Virus record (IMG/VR): IMGVR_UViG_3300047550_002723
Coordinates: 1-64,000 of that record
Length of the DNA: 64,000 nucleotides
DNA from: a virus
Strand: one strand, 5' to 3'
Part shown: positions 26,109 to 36,515 of the stretch, in pieces
Numbering within the stretch: position 1 is the first letter of the stretch
How the letters are laid out: each line of letters begins with the position of its first letter
Position numbers and translations under genes: made by a program
Notes under the pieces: model-generated
Database searches by the model: none
Seen by the model: only the letters and a program-made list of their open reading frames with translations
Told to the model about the DNA's origin: nothing

Positions 26109-27267
26109 GTGGCCACTTATGAAAAACTCTATCTCTCTTTGGGATAGATTTCAACTTGCCAAGTTTGTTTTAACTTCTGATAAATTTACTCAGGGTGAAA
26201 ATGTTGAGCGATTTGAGAATGAGTGGTCTAAGTGGTTAGGTTGTAGATATTCTTTATTTGTAACTTCTGGAAGCACTGCAAACTTTTTGTTGGTTTCTTC
26301 TATCATAGAAAAGTATGGCTTAGAAAGGGGTGACAAAGTATTAGTCCCATCCTGCACTTGGGTTACAAATATTAATCCAATTATTCAACTGGGACTTACT
26401 CCAATTTTTTGTGATGTAAATCTTGAAAATTATAGTTTTGATTTAGACAATCTTAAAATTATTTCTGAGTTACATCCTGATATTAAAATGGTATTTGTGA
26501 CTCATCTGTTAGGAATTCCTGCTGAAATTAAAAAGTATCGCAAAATATTTCCTAATGCTTTGTTTATTGATGATGTTTGTGAGTCGCATGGATGTCTTGA
26601 TAAGAGTGGAAATAAGATAGGTAAAACCAGTCTTGGTGCTACCTTTAGTTTTTACTTTGGACATCATATGTCAACCGTAGAAGGTGGTATGATTTCTACT
26701 GATAGTTGGGAATTATATGACTTAATGAAAATGAAAAGGTCTCATGGACTTGCAAGAGTATCAGATCAGTTTAAGTATTATCAAAACCAAAATCCAGAAA
26801 TAGAAAAGTCCTTTCTATTTGTAAGTGATGGGTATAATTTTAGAAACACTGAGTTTGGTGCAGTATTGGGATTATCTCAACTCAAGAGATTAGATAAATT
26901 TATTGATAATAGGGATAAGACATATGCTAGGTTTGTAGAAATGATGTCCTCTTCAAAGAATAGAGACAATTTTTACCCAATAGTGTATAATGAAGGAAAC
27001 AGTTGTTTCTGCTTTCCTTTTATTTGTAAAACAAAAGAAATTAAGTCTAAACTTATTTCATTGTTAGATAAGTATAAAATTGAATATAGACCTGTGGTTG
27101 GTGGAAATCTTTTAAGGCAACCTTACCTTAAAAATTATTCTATCAGTGGAAAGACAGAAAACTTAAATGTAGATATTATCCATGAAAATGGAATCTATAT
27201 TGGAAACAATCAATTTGTTTCTAACAAAGATATGGACTTACTGGAAACTATTTTAGGAGAATTATGA
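26095..27267 (+). CDS. DegT-fold PLP enzyme, ColD-like 3-dehydratase
   Basis: TSGSTAN, DDVCESHG, SFYFGHHMSTVEGG with His at the usual PLP-Lys position. Confidence 0.8.
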   Translation: MSDYKWPLMKNSISLWDRFQLAKFVLTSDKFTQGENVERFENEWSKWLGCRYSLFVTSGSTANFLLVSSIIEKYGLERGDKVLVPSCTWVTNINPIIQLGLTPIFCDVNLENYSFDLDNLKIISELHPDIKMVFVTHLLGIPAEIKKYRKIFPNALFIDDVCESHGCLDKSGNKIGKTSLGATFSFYFGHHMSTVEGGMISTDSWELYDLMKMKRSHGLARVSDQFKYYQNQNPEIEKSFLFVSDGYNFRNTEFGAVLGLSQLKRLDKFIDNRDKTYARFVEMMSSSKNRDNFYPIVYNEGNSCFCFPFICKTKEIKSKLISLLDKYKIEYRPVVGGNLLRQPYLKNYSISGKTENLNVDIIHENGIYIGNNQFVSNKDMDLLETILGEL

Positions 27268-27608
27268 GCAAGTTTGCTGATTTAATCGATCAATGTATCA
27301 AGGAAACTATTGATGAAGTACTTTCGCGTAGAGAACTTCCTGATGTTGAATACATTGAAACAGACAATCTTGGTGAAGTAATTGAGAAACTTTCAATTCT
27401 TCACACTCGTATGTGGATGCTTGAGGATGCAATTCAGGAAGCAAAGACAGATACTGAAATTGCTGACTTGAAGCGTAAGATTGATATTTGCTTTAAAGTG
27501 AAGCGTCCTCGTCTTGTGCAAGCAGTTAATCTTCTTGTGGATAATGCTATCGCAACAGGAAGAACTCTCCGCGAGGACTCTGTAAAACTTTACAAAGGAG
27601 TTGAGTGA
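27264..27608 (+). CDS. Helical hypothetical protein (DUF4254-like)
   Basis: LGEVIEKLSILHTRMWMLED. Confidence 0.6.
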   Translation: MSKFADLIDQCIKETIDEVLSRRELPDVEYIETDNLGEVIEKLSILHTRMWMLEDAIQEAKTDTEIADLKRKIDICFKVKRPRLVQAVNLLVDNAIATGRTLREDSVKLYKGVE

Positions 27609-28302
27609 TATGTCGCTCAAGTACATTCATCATCACTTGGGTCTTGGAGACCATATCATTTGTAATGGCATGGTCCGTCATTTTTGTAAAAAATATGATA
27701 ATATAGTGCTCTTTTGCTATACACATTACTATGATAATGTAAGTTATATGTATCGTGACCTAAGCAATCTAGAAATCTTTAATTTTGATGTTGAGGAGGA
27801 TGCTATAAGATTTGTTGAAAACAATAAGACTGTTAAAAACAATCTAATCAAACCTGGATTTGAGAATCTTGATAGTTGTTTGGATAGGATGACTTTTGAT
27901 GAAGCATTTTATCATCTTGCTGGTCTTGATTTTCAAATTAGATTTGATGAGTTTTACTTTGAAAGAGACATAGAAAAGGAAGATGAAGTTTGTAAAACTT
28001 TAAATCCTGACGATGAAAAATATATCTTTGTTTTGGATGACCCAAAGAGAGGATATAATATTGATATGAGTAAGGTTACAGATGAATATAAGGTAATTCG
28101 TAATGATTATCAATTCAAGATGTTTGATTATGTTAAACTACTTGAAAATGCCGAAGAGATTCACATGATGCAAACTGGATTTTTGGATATGGTTAACTCC
28201 TATAAAATGGATAAACCAAAAATCTACAGGCACAACTATGTTAGAAACTATCCAGAATCAATTCACTCTAAAGGTCTTAATGAGGTAATTGGAATTGACT
28301 GA
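27601..28302 (+). CDS. Putative glycosyltransferase-like protein
   Basis: HHHLGLGDHIICNGMVR N-terminal motif resembling GT-B enzymes. Confidence 0.55.
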   Translation: MSDMSLKYIHHHLGLGDHIICNGMVRHFCKKYDNIVLFCYTHYYDNVSYMYRDLSNLEIFNFDVEEDAIRFVENNKTVKNNLIKPGFENLDSCLDRMTFDEAFYHLAGLDFQIRFDEFYFERDIEKEDEVCKTLNPDDEKYIFVLDDPKRGYNIDMSKVTDEYKVIRNDYQFKMFDYVKLLENAEEIHMMQTGFLDMVNSYKMDKPKIYRHNYVRNYPESIHSKGLNEVIGID

Positions 28303-29055
28303 AACTGGATACATATCATATTCTGATTCAAGATTCAACTACCCCTATAAGGGGTTTTGTTCTATTGTTTGTGGAATCATTGATATGGCTTTAGAGCATT
28401 ATATTGTGAGTGGTAATTTCAATATTGAAGTATCAGAAAGTCAGACATTAAATTTGTTTGATAATATCTCACCAAAAACCAATAAGAGTTATAATGTTGG
28501 GTCATGGTGGTTGGAAAGATATTTTTCAAATCAAACTTATCAGGGGGAATATAATGCTCATACTCCAGCAAACATAGATAATCTAAAAATTAAGAATAAA
28601 GTTTACAATAATATTCTTAAGATTAAAGATGAGTATGTAGAAAAGTTTGAAAATAAGAGAATAGATTTAGAAATTGATGAAGATACATTGGGAGTTCAGA
28701 TAAGAGGCACTGATAAAAAAGAAGAAATTCCAGAGATAAAAATTGAAAGTATCTTTAACCTAATTGATTCTAATGATAAAGAAAGGATATTTGTAGCAAC
28801 AGACGACACTTGGATTGTTTGTTGAATAGATATGGTAGTAGAATCACTTATGATGACACTCTTCAAATTAGTAGTGGATCTCAATCAATTCATCACAATT
28901 GCTCAAATCGCTCTCAAGTAAATGAAGAAGTATTATCTAGCGTTTATTTACTTTCAAAGTGTAGTCACTTTTTGTATAGTTTTTCGAACGTTAGTTTACT
29001 GGCATTGATACTTGGAATAAATGATTTTCAATTCATCGATTACCTAAACAAATGA
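28289..29055 (+). pseudogene. NodZ/GT23-like fucosyltransferase split by a frameshift near 28808
   Basis: LGVQIRGTDK..IFVATDD in one frame; continuation LDCLLNRY..VYLLSKCSHF..SNVS in another. Confidence 0.7.
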
Positions 29056-29759
29056 TTAGTATTGTAACTGGCACATTAAATCGTGTGGGAATGCTTCCTA
29101 ACCTGATTAAAAATACTGTTCTTGCTGACGATAGAATAGAACTTGTATTGGTTGATGGTGGGAGTAATGACGGCACTGTAGATTACATTAAGCAAGTCAA
29201 TCATCCTCAAATTAAACTGATTGAGATTGGCGGTAGAAGTTCTTATCCACATTTCATGAATATTGGTATTCGTGAATCAACTCACGAAATAGTGTGTCAG
29301 TGGAATGATGATGTTGTTTTATGTAATGATTGGTCTGAAGTTATTATTGAAACTCAATCAAATCATGATTTCTATCTTTTTAATTGGAAGTATGGATCTT
29401 TCGATGAAACTAAAAATCCAGATTGGTTGAATGGTGTGGACCACACATCTGGATGGTGTTTGTGTAATGTTGCGGATTCTGGTGGAGAGATTGTAATGAA
29501 TTATGGATTATATCGTAAGAAAATATTTAGAGAAATTGGAATGTATAATCCCGAATATCAGTATTATTGTGCAGATGGTGATATGTCTTATCGTGCATAT
29601 TCTTTCGGATACAAAGTTAAAGATCTAAGGCATATTAAGGTGTGCTCTCTTCCTACAAGTAAGATTGCAACTTCTCATCCAGGAGATCATTCGATATACC
29701 ATAAAAATATGGATATGTATCGAAAAAAAATCTTACCAGAAAGTCTTCAATATCTTTGA
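29052..29759 (+). CDS. Glycosyltransferase family 2
   Basis: ISIVTGTLNR, VLVDGGSNDGT, WNDD. Confidence 0.85.
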   Translation: MISIVTGTLNRVGMLPNLIKNTVLADDRIELVLVDGGSNDGTVDYIKQVNHPQIKLIEIGGRSSYPHFMNIGIRESTHEIVCQWNDDVVLCNDWSEVIIETQSNHDFYLFNWKYGSFDETKNPDWLNGVDHTSGWCLCNVADSGGEIVMNYGLYRKKIFREIGMYNPEYQYYCADGDMSYRAYSFGYKVKDLRHIKVCSLPTSKIATSHPGDHSIYHKNMDMYRKKILPESLQYL

Positions 29760-30433
29760 ATAATCATATCGCGGTGATTAGATAATTGCTTATCATTCTC
29801 ATCAAATGGTTCTCCAATAAAAGCAAAGTCATCTAACTTGCGATCTCTTTTAATTGGATTTCCAATTTGCTCATAATTAAAATATTCGTCATGAAGAAAT
29901 AAACTTGTAACTGCTTGGGGATAAATTACCTCCTGTAGAAATCTCTGGTCTACTGCTCGGTCTGATATCCAATGTGATGTGCTGATATATTGTTGCATTT
30001 CTTCATCAATGTTTTGAATGAATCCAGATTTGCAACCCCACATTCCAGCACTAATTTCCCAAGCGTGCCCTCCAGGATGGTCTCTAATGATATGAAACTG
30101 TTTATCTGATTCTAACCATTCATTTACAGCAGTAACATCACGCTCAAATAAACGAGAATCGCAATCTCTTGAGATGAAACATTCAATACCTTCTTCAGAT
30201 GCTGGACTAAATCGCCACATTGCGTTAGAATGATTTTGATTATCTCTTTCTACGAGTTTCACATTATTACCTTTCAATTCTTCTAATATATAAGAAGGCA
30301 CTGAGTCATCATGATAAACTCTCATTTCCCATTCTGGGTAAAACTTATTCTTAAGAAGAGAGTTTTTAATTGCTCCTATAGTGTATTTTGGGTTATCACC
30401 CCATAAAGAAAAAGATATAACTTTCATATTCAC
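29747..30433 (-). CDS. Glycosyltransferase-like protein (inverted orientation)
   Basis: ISFSLWGDNPKY, MWRF, ISRDCDSR, IIRDHP, AGMWG, DQRFL. Confidence 0.7.
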   Translation of the reverse strand: MNMKVISFSLWGDNPKYTIGAIKNSLLKNKFYPEWEMRVYHDDSVPSYILEELKGNNVKLVERDNQNHSNAMWRFSPASEEGIECFISRDCDSRLFERDVTAVNEWLESDKQFHIIRDHPGGHAWEISAGMWGCKSGFIQNIDEEMQQYISTSHWISDRAVDQRFLQEVIYPQAVTSLFLHDEYFNYEQIGNPIKRDRKLDDFAFIGEPFDENDKQLSNHRDMIIQRY

Positions 30434-30451
30434 ATCAATTCTTTATTATAT

Positions 30452-31267
30452 ATGACTGAGAAAAAACAGTATAACTTAGTTGGTGGTGGATTTAACCATT
30501 ATGATAATGGAAACAAAGCATCTTCCATTTATAAGCAAGAATCAAAATTTATAGAATGGGTTGATTCTGGTGCAGAGGAAACTTTTTATATAGATCGTCA
30601 TATTGGACTTGCTTTTGATGATAATTGTAGTAAAAAGAAGTATGCTTGGTTATTGGAATCCGAAAATATTTGTTCAGATGTTATTGAAGATGTAAAGAGA
30701 AATTATCTTCACTATACCCGTGTTTATGATGCTATCTTTACTCACAATCAAGAATTAGTTAAACTTCATCCAAAGTTTAAGTTTGCACCTCTATATGGTA
30801 GTTGGATTCCTGAAGCAAAACTTTATGATAAAAGTAAATTAATTTCTATGATTTGCTCTAATAAGGTAATGTGTGAGGGCCATCAATATCGCTTATCCTG
30901 GGCTCAAAGACTTCAGGGAAAAGTTGATTTTTATGGAAGAGGATTTAATGAGATTCAAACCAAGGAAGAAGGTCTAGTAGATTATATGTTTTCAGTTGCA
31001 ATTGAAAATGCTTCCTACGAATCTTACTTTACTGAAAAGATTCAAGACTGTTTTTCTACAGGAACCATACCAATCTACTATGGGTCTCCTGATATTGGAA
31101 AGTTTTTTAATCCCGAAGGAATTATTACACTTACTGATGATTTTGATGTTTCTCAATTGACTCCAGACCTTTATTATGATAAACTGGATGCAGTAAAGGA
31201 AAATTTAGAGAGAGTCAAAGATTTTCTAATCAACGAAGATTACATTTACAACACTTACTTAAAATAA
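30452..31267 (+). CDS. GT10-like alpha-1,3-fucosyltransferase
   Basis: YMFSVAIEN..YFTEKIQDCF..GTIPIYYG. Confidence 0.8.
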   Translation: MTEKKQYNLVGGGFNHYDNGNKASSIYKQESKFIEWVDSGAEETFYIDRHIGLAFDDNCSKKKYAWLLESENICSDVIEDVKRNYLHYTRVYDAIFTHNQELVKLHPKFKFAPLYGSWIPEAKLYDKSKLISMICSNKVMCEGHQYRLSWAQRLQGKVDFYGRGFNEIQTKEEGLVDYMFSVAIENASYESYFTEKIQDCFSTGTIPIYYGSPDIGKFFNPEGIITLTDDFDVSQLTPDLYYDKLDAVKENLERVKDFLINEDYIYNTYLK

Positions 31268-31269
31268 TT

Positions 31270-31890
31270 ATGTTACTTAGTTTTAAAAATATTAAAACAA
31301 AATATGATATGAATATCACAGGAATTATTCATATCGGAGCGCACAGAGGTCAAGAAGTATACGACTATATTGATTGTGGAATTCAAAATATTATTTTGTT
31401 TGAACCATTAAGTACTAACTTTTCAATTCTTGAACAAAAATTAGCAGATGCTAATGCAAATATTTTTGGACATCAAGTTGCTCTTGGCAATGATGAAAAA
31501 TTGGTAACTATGTATTTGAGTGATAATGATCAAATGAGTAGTTCAATTTTAAAACCAAAAAAGCATCTTCAAAATCATCCAACAGTTCATTTTAATGGAA
31601 CTGAAGAAGTTGAAATGAAAAAACTTGATAGTTTTTCTGATGAAACTATCGGACATAATTTTATTAATATGGATGTTCAAGGATATGAACTTGAAGTTCT
31701 TAAAGGTGGTGCAGAAACTTTAAAAAATATTGATTATGTTTACTGTGAAGTAAATCGTGATGAAGTTTATGAAAATAATGCATACATTGAAGAATTAGAT
31801 GAATATCTTGCCAATTACAATATGGAAAGAGTTGAAACTGATTGGTCTGGTGGTATATGGGGTGATGCTCTTTATATCAGGAGAAAATAA
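31270..31890 (+). CDS. FkbM-family methyltransferase
   Basis: IHIGAHRG, FEP, MDVQGYELEVLKG. Confidence 0.88.
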   Translation: MLLSFKNIKTKYDMNITGIIHIGAHRGQEVYDYIDCGIQNIILFEPLSTNFSILEQKLADANANIFGHQVALGNDEKLVTMYLSDNDQMSSSILKPKKHLQNHPTVHFNGTEEVEMKKLDSFSDETIGHNFINMDVQGYELEVLKGGAETLKNIDYVYCEVNRDEVYENNAYIEELDEYLANYNMERVETDWSGGIWGDALYIRRK

Positions 31891-32741
31891 TGACTATCAG
31901 TTATAATCGCCTAGGATCAAACGGGCGTCTTGGAAATCAAATGTTTCAGTATGCTGGACTTCGTGGTATTGCCGCAAATCGTGGGTTTGATTGGGTTATT
32001 CCTCCTCCAGAAAATTATGGTGACTCTAATTATGGACTTTTTGACTGTTTTGAGATGTCAACAGTGGAGAAAAATAATTTTGGATTTTTGAACGCTCAAA
32101 GTATTCAAACTGGAGTATTTCATTTTTCCGAAGATTTATTTAATGATTGTCCAGATAATATAAATCTGCATGATCATTTTACAACGCAAAAATATTTTTT
32201 GAACATTGAAGATACTATTCGTAAAGATTATACATTTAAAAATAGCATTTTAGAACCTTGTAAAGAAATTATAAGTCAATTTAAACATCCTATTTTTCTT
32301 CATGTTCGTAGGGGAGATTATGCTGCACATACTGACGCACATCCACTAATCCCGATTGAATATTATGAAAAAGCATTAAAGTTGTTTCCAGAAGATTCTG
32401 AAGTTTTGGTATTTTCTGATTCTATTGATTGGTGTAAAGAACAGGAATTTTTTCAGGGTGATAGGTTTATGTTGTCAGAATATTCTGAAACATATCCACA
32501 AGTTGCGGATACTTTGTTTGGAAAACAAAAATCAAAAATTCCATATTTTGATCTTTGTATGATGACTCTTTGTGAAGGTGGTATTCTTGCCAATAGTACT
32601 ATGAGTTGGTGGGGCGCTTGGTTAATGGAAAATAAAAAACAACCAATTGTTGCACCAAAACCATGGTTCGGTAAATTTTATGATTATTATAATATGAATG
32701 ATTTATTACCTGACGATTGGATGGAGATTGAATATGAATAA
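31890..32741 (+). CDS. GT11 alpha-1,2-fucosyl/colitosyltransferase
   Basis: GRLGNQMFQYA, HVRRGDY, NSTMSWW. Confidence 0.9.
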   Translation: MTISYNRLGSNGRLGNQMFQYAGLRGIAANRGFDWVIPPPENYGDSNYGLFDCFEMSTVEKNNFGFLNAQSIQTGVFHFSEDLFNDCPDNINLHDHFTTQKYFLNIEDTIRKDYTFKNSILEPCKEIISQFKHPIFLHVRRGDYAAHTDAHPLIPIEYYEKALKLFPEDSEVLVFSDSIDWCKEQEFFQGDRFMLSEYSETYPQVADTLFGKQKSKIPYFDLCMMTLCEGGILANSTMSWWGAWLMENKKQPIVAPKPWFGKFYDYYNMNDLLPDDWMEIEYE

Positions 32742-33561
32742 TCTAACTTTTTTGATGCCTTGTAGAATTGAAAGTGATGATCGATTAAAAAATATTATAA
32801 CAGTAATTTCATATATTCATCATAATTTTCCAGATTGTCCAATTATTATTAAGGAAAACGATAAGCAATCCATATTTCAGCAAAGAGTAGTTCCAATTAT
32901 TAAAAATATTTTTGGATATTTTCCAGAAAATGTAAGACACATTTTTGAACAATCTGAAGAATCATTCTTCCATAAAACTAGAATCTTAAATGATTTGGTA
33001 ATGGCAGCAGATACTGATATTGTTTATAATTATGATATTGATCACTTATTGCCGATTGCTAGTTATAAAAAGGCATATGATATGATTAGTAGTGGGCAGT
33101 TTGATGCTGTTTATTGTTATGGTGTTGGTGTATACCAATATCTTGTTGACTACCCAGTTGAAGCATTTCAGAAGTTTATCAAATCTGGATTTGATTTTAA
33201 AGTGATTGAACCTGGATGTAACATTTCCCCTTCAGTTATGGGGCTTGGGCAAATGATTCGTAGACAAACTGAAATTGATTGCTATATGTGGAATGAAAAC
33301 TTTTTGGCCTGGGGTCCGGAAGATTGTGAATTTCTTTATCGAATTCAAGTTCTAGGTGCAAAAGTTGGTAGAGTGAATGATGTATGCTACCATTTGAATC
33401 ATTATAGATCTTTCAATTCTCATTATCATAATCCAAAGTGGCAGGAAAATATGAATATTTGGCAAACTATTCGCACTTGGGATAAAGATGCTATAATAGG
33501 ATATTATGAGGGACAGAATTATGTTGAGGAGAGGAGGAGTCAACTGAATGCTAGCGTTTAA
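32734..33561 (+). CDS. GT2/GT7-like glycosyltransferase
   Basis: YDID, WNENFLAWGPEDCEF..YHLNH. Confidence 0.75.
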   Translation: MNNLTFLMPCRIESDDRLKNIITVISYIHHNFPDCPIIIKENDKQSIFQQRVVPIIKNIFGYFPENVRHIFEQSEESFFHKTRILNDLVMAADTDIVYNYDIDHLLPIASYKKAYDMISSGQFDAVYCYGVGVYQYLVDYPVEAFQKFIKSGFDFKVIEPGCNISPSVMGLGQMIRRQTEIDCYMWNENFLAWGPEDCEFLYRIQVLGAKVGRVNDVCYHLNHYRSFNSHYHNPKWQENMNIWQTIRTWDKDAIIGYYEGQNYVEERRSQLNASV

Positions 33562-34354
33562 TTATCTTGGAAAGTTGGGGCGCTTGGGAAACCAAATGTT
33601 TCAATATGCCTCATTGAGAGGCATTGCTCGAAATCGTGGATATGATTTTTGTATTCCCAATCATCAGGAAGTATTGAAAGATCCTTATGGGTTTGATTTG
33701 AAGATAGAATTATTCTATCCATTTAAAATGACATATGTGCTTCCTCATAATATTAAACTTCTTGATAGGGGATACGCACCTGTAGCGGAAGAGAAGCAGT
33801 TTCATTTTGATGAGACTCTTTTTAATATGTGTCCAGATGAAATTACTCTTGCTGGATTCTTTCAATCTGAAAAATACTTTAAGCATATTGAAGATGAAAT
33901 CAGAGAAGATTTCTCTTTTAAGAATGAGATTCTAGATCCTTGTAAAGAAATGATAGAGTCGGTTGGTGAAGCAATCAGTCTTCATATTCGTCGCACAGAT
34001 TATCTGCAGAATCCAAATCATACTACTCTTGGATTGGAATATTATACTGAAGCACTTCAAAAGTTTGATTCAAATCTCCCTGTGATTATCTTTACTGATG
34101 ATGTAGAGTGGTGTAAAGCGCAGGAATTATTCTCTGACGAACGCTTCATGATTTCTGAATCTGGAGACCACTATGTCGATATGTGCTTGATGACTCTGTG
34201 TAAATATCATATCATTGCAAATTCTTCATTTTCTTGGTGGGGTGCTTGGTTATCCAATTCTGATAGTGTAATTGCACCTATCAAATGGTTTGGTGAAGGA
34301 AATCAAGATAAAAATACAGAAGATTTAATTCCAGAAAGATGGAGTAAACTATAA
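33548..34354 (+). CDS. GT11 alpha-1,2-fucosyl/colitosyltransferase
   Basis: GRLGNQMFQYA, HIRRTDY, NSSFSWW. Confidence 0.9.
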   Translation: MLAFNYLGKLGRLGNQMFQYASLRGIARNRGYDFCIPNHQEVLKDPYGFDLKIELFYPFKMTYVLPHNIKLLDRGYAPVAEEKQFHFDETLFNMCPDEITLAGFFQSEKYFKHIEDEIREDFSFKNEILDPCKEMIESVGEAISLHIRRTDYLQNPNHTTLGLEYYTEALQKFDSNLPVIIFTDDVEWCKAQELFSDERFMISESGDHYVDMCLMTLCKYHIIANSSFSWWGAWLSNSDSVIAPIKWFGEGNQDKNTEDLIPERWSKL

Positions 34355-35145
34355 TGGACAGAAATAAATCTGCTTATAAACTTAAAAATATTGGTCCAAT
34401 TTATTATCTTAATCTAGATGGGCAACCAGAAAGAAAACAATATATGGAAGACCAGTTTAAATATTGGGAGATTGAGAATTACGAACGGATCTCTGCGTTT
34501 GATGGTAGAGATGATGATCTTAGCGATATTATTAAAGGTCGTTATCCAGAAAACATGACTTCTGGTGAGATTGGATGTACTACTTCTCACTTAAAAGCAA
34601 TCAAACATTGGTACGAGACTTCTGATTCTCCTTATGCAATCATCATGGAGGATGATGTAGATCTTCAAATTGTAAGATTCTGGAATTTTACTTGGGTAGA
34701 TTTTGCTTCTAAAGTTCCTTATGATTGGGATGTAATTCAGTTAGCAATCATTTGTACAGGTAATCTACATGTAAAACTACATAAAAGATTTGTGAATGAT
34801 TTTTCAACTGCTTGCTATATGATTACTCGCCATCATGCTGAGAAACTACTGAAGTTTCATGTTCGTGATAGTAAATATAAACTGGACCAAGGTGTAAAAC
34901 CAAGACCTGTTGCTGATGATTTAATTTATAATTCAGGTAATACTTTTTCAATTCCTCTTTTTCTTTATCGTATTGCTTTAGGTTCCTCTATTCATCCAGA
35001 ACACATTGATGTTTTTCATCGTGCAAGTCATGATGGTTTACTTGAATTCTGGCAAAAGCAAGGATGTGATATGAACATTGGTGATTTGATGAATTATGAT
35101 CCTTATCTTGGGAGAGTTACTGAGACATCTCAATCTCAACAGTAA
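34354..35145 (+). CDS. Glycosyltransferase family 25
   Basis: YYLNLD..ER, SAFDG, GEIGCTTSH, IMEDD. Confidence 0.88.
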   Translation: MDRNKSAYKLKNIGPIYYLNLDGQPERKQYMEDQFKYWEIENYERISAFDGRDDDLSDIIKGRYPENMTSGEIGCTTSHLKAIKHWYETSDSPYAIIMEDDVDLQIVRFWNFTWVDFASKVPYDWDVIQLAIICTGNLHVKLHKRFVNDFSTACYMITRHHAEKLLKFHVRDSKYKLDQGVKPRPVADDLIYNSGNTFSIPLFLYRIALGSSIHPEHIDVFHRASHDGLLEFWQKQGCDMNIGDLMNYDPYLGRVTETSQSQQ

Positions 35146-35180
35146 GCATTTATACTTATCAATGTTTTCATATTCACACA

Positions 35181-35218
35181 AAGGGGTGCTTGACACCCCT
35201 TTCTTTTTGCTATATAAT
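35181..35218 (+). promoter_or_regulatory. Consensus sigma70 promoter embedded in terminator hairpin
   Basis: AAGGGGTG/CACCCCTT hairpin; TTGACA(35190)-17bp-TATAAT(35213). Confidence 0.75.
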
Positions 35219-35245
35219 TCTGTAACAGTTCTTCACAAAACTACA

Positions 35246-35440
35246 ATGACTGTAACTACTAATGAATTTGGGCAACAAAATATGTTTGCCAAAGAACCTG
35301 TGATGTACTATGAAAATTATGGGATGTTGACACCTAATCAAGTCAGGGAGCGTACTAATGGCCGCTGGGCAATGGTCGGTTTTGTTGCTGGCATCATTTC
35401 TTATGTTAGCACTGGTAACTTCTTCTTCGGCATCTTCTGA
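35246..35440 (+). CDS. hli: High-light inducible protein
   Basis: ERTNGRWAMVGF. Confidence 0.9.
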   Translation: MTVTTNEFGQQNMFAKEPVMYYENYGMLTPNQVRERTNGRWAMVGFVAGIISYVSTGNFFFGIF

Positions 35441-35537
35441 TGACTGAAGCACTCTGGACAATCACGACGGTTGCTTTTTTCGTGATTTTGGGTTATGCTG
35501 TAGATCAACTCTCTGAAACTTATTGAGTCTTAACACA

Positions 35538-35828
35538 ATGGCATTTAACATTACACTTCAATCCCCTGACGGCACCGAAACCACTATTCAATGTGCTTCT
35601 GATCAATATATTCTTGAAGCAGCAGAGGAGGCAGGTGTTGATCTACCTTCCAGTTGTCGTGCTGGTGCTTGCTCTGCTTGCGCGGGCAAACTGATCAGTG
35701 GTACTGTAGATAATGAGGATCAGTCGTTCCTTGATGATGATCAAACTGCTGAGGGATGGGTCCTAACTTGTGTAGCATATCCCACCAGCGACTGTGTGAT
35801 CCTTACCGAGCAGGAAGAAAATCTGTGA
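35538..35828 (+). CDS. petF: Plant-type [2Fe-2S] ferredoxin
   Basis: CRAGACSAC...LTC. Confidence 0.96.
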   Translation: MAFNITLQSPDGTETTIQCASDQYILEAAEEAGVDLPSSCRAGACSACAGKLISGTVDNEDQSFLDDDQTAEGWVLTCVAYPTSDCVILTEQEENL

Positions 35829-36115
35829 GCACTGCTGGAATGCTAGGGCAGTTTGCAATTGCCCTTGAAACACTTGGGTGGGATGCTAGTGATGAAATCT
35901 CTGTAGAAATTGGTGGTGTAGCAGTCACAGGAACTGCTACTAGTCCAACTGCAAATCCAAAGTGGGCAAAACCTTTTGGAACTGTATCCTACCAAAACGA
36001 TGCTTTCATCGTAATTAAAAACAAGTCAAGGAATCCTGTCGTTCCTTCACAACCAAATCCTGAACTTAAACAACAACACCCTTATCAAGGAGAAAACAAT
36101 GAAAAATCTTTTTAA
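35825..36115 (+). CDS. Hypothetical protein
   Basis: GTGA coupling with petF; [24 protein letters not shown]. Confidence 0.6.
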   Translation: MSTAGMLGQFAIALETLGWDASDEISVEIGGVAVTGTATSPTANPKWAKPFGTVSYQNDAFIVIKNKSRNPVVPSQPNPELKQQHPYQGENNEKSF

Positions 36116-36218
36116 CGAGCGCAGTGAGCGCATTAATGGTTGGTTCGCAATGATTGGATTTGTTGCTGCCGCTGGTTCTTACCTCACTACAGGCCAAATT
36201 ATTCCCGGTGTTTGGTGA
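36099..36218 (+). CDS. hli: High-light inducible protein (39 aa)
   Basis: ERINGWFAMIGF..TGQIIPGVW; not in ORF track. Confidence 0.92.
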   Translation: MKNLFNERSERINGWFAMIGFVAAAGSYLTTGQIIPGVW

Positions 36219-36277
36219 AATAATTCTACATAATAATAAACTCTGCTCTAAATAAGGGGCAGAGTTTTTTTTTGTAT

Positions 36278-36442
36278 ATGCCAAGAGGACAATTGACAAA
36301 GGACATCATAAAATGTGAGATCCTCAAAATTAAAAGAGATTTGGATAAAGAGTGGATGAATAAATCTGGATATGATCCAAAATGGTTGGCACATCACTAT
36401 CTCAACAAAGTCTTGGATAAATTGGACGAGTACAGGGCTTGA
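36278..36442 (+). CDS. Small hypothetical protein
   Basis: MPRGQLTKDIIKCEILKIK...HHYLNKVLDKLDEYRA. Confidence 0.6.
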   Translation: MPRGQLTKDIIKCEILKIKRDLDKEWMNKSGYDPKWLAHHYLNKVLDKLDEYRA

Positions 36443-36515
36443 CAGATCGCGCAAGACCGTAGTATGATAAATAGGTAAACAAATGTTACGGATTCCTCAT
36501 AATTCGTTACATTGT

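Noticed and set aside
36470-36512. RpaB/HLR1 or NtcA site upstream of psbA
   Set aside because: GTAAAC/GTTAC repeats are suggestive but too degenerate to call without a matrix scan
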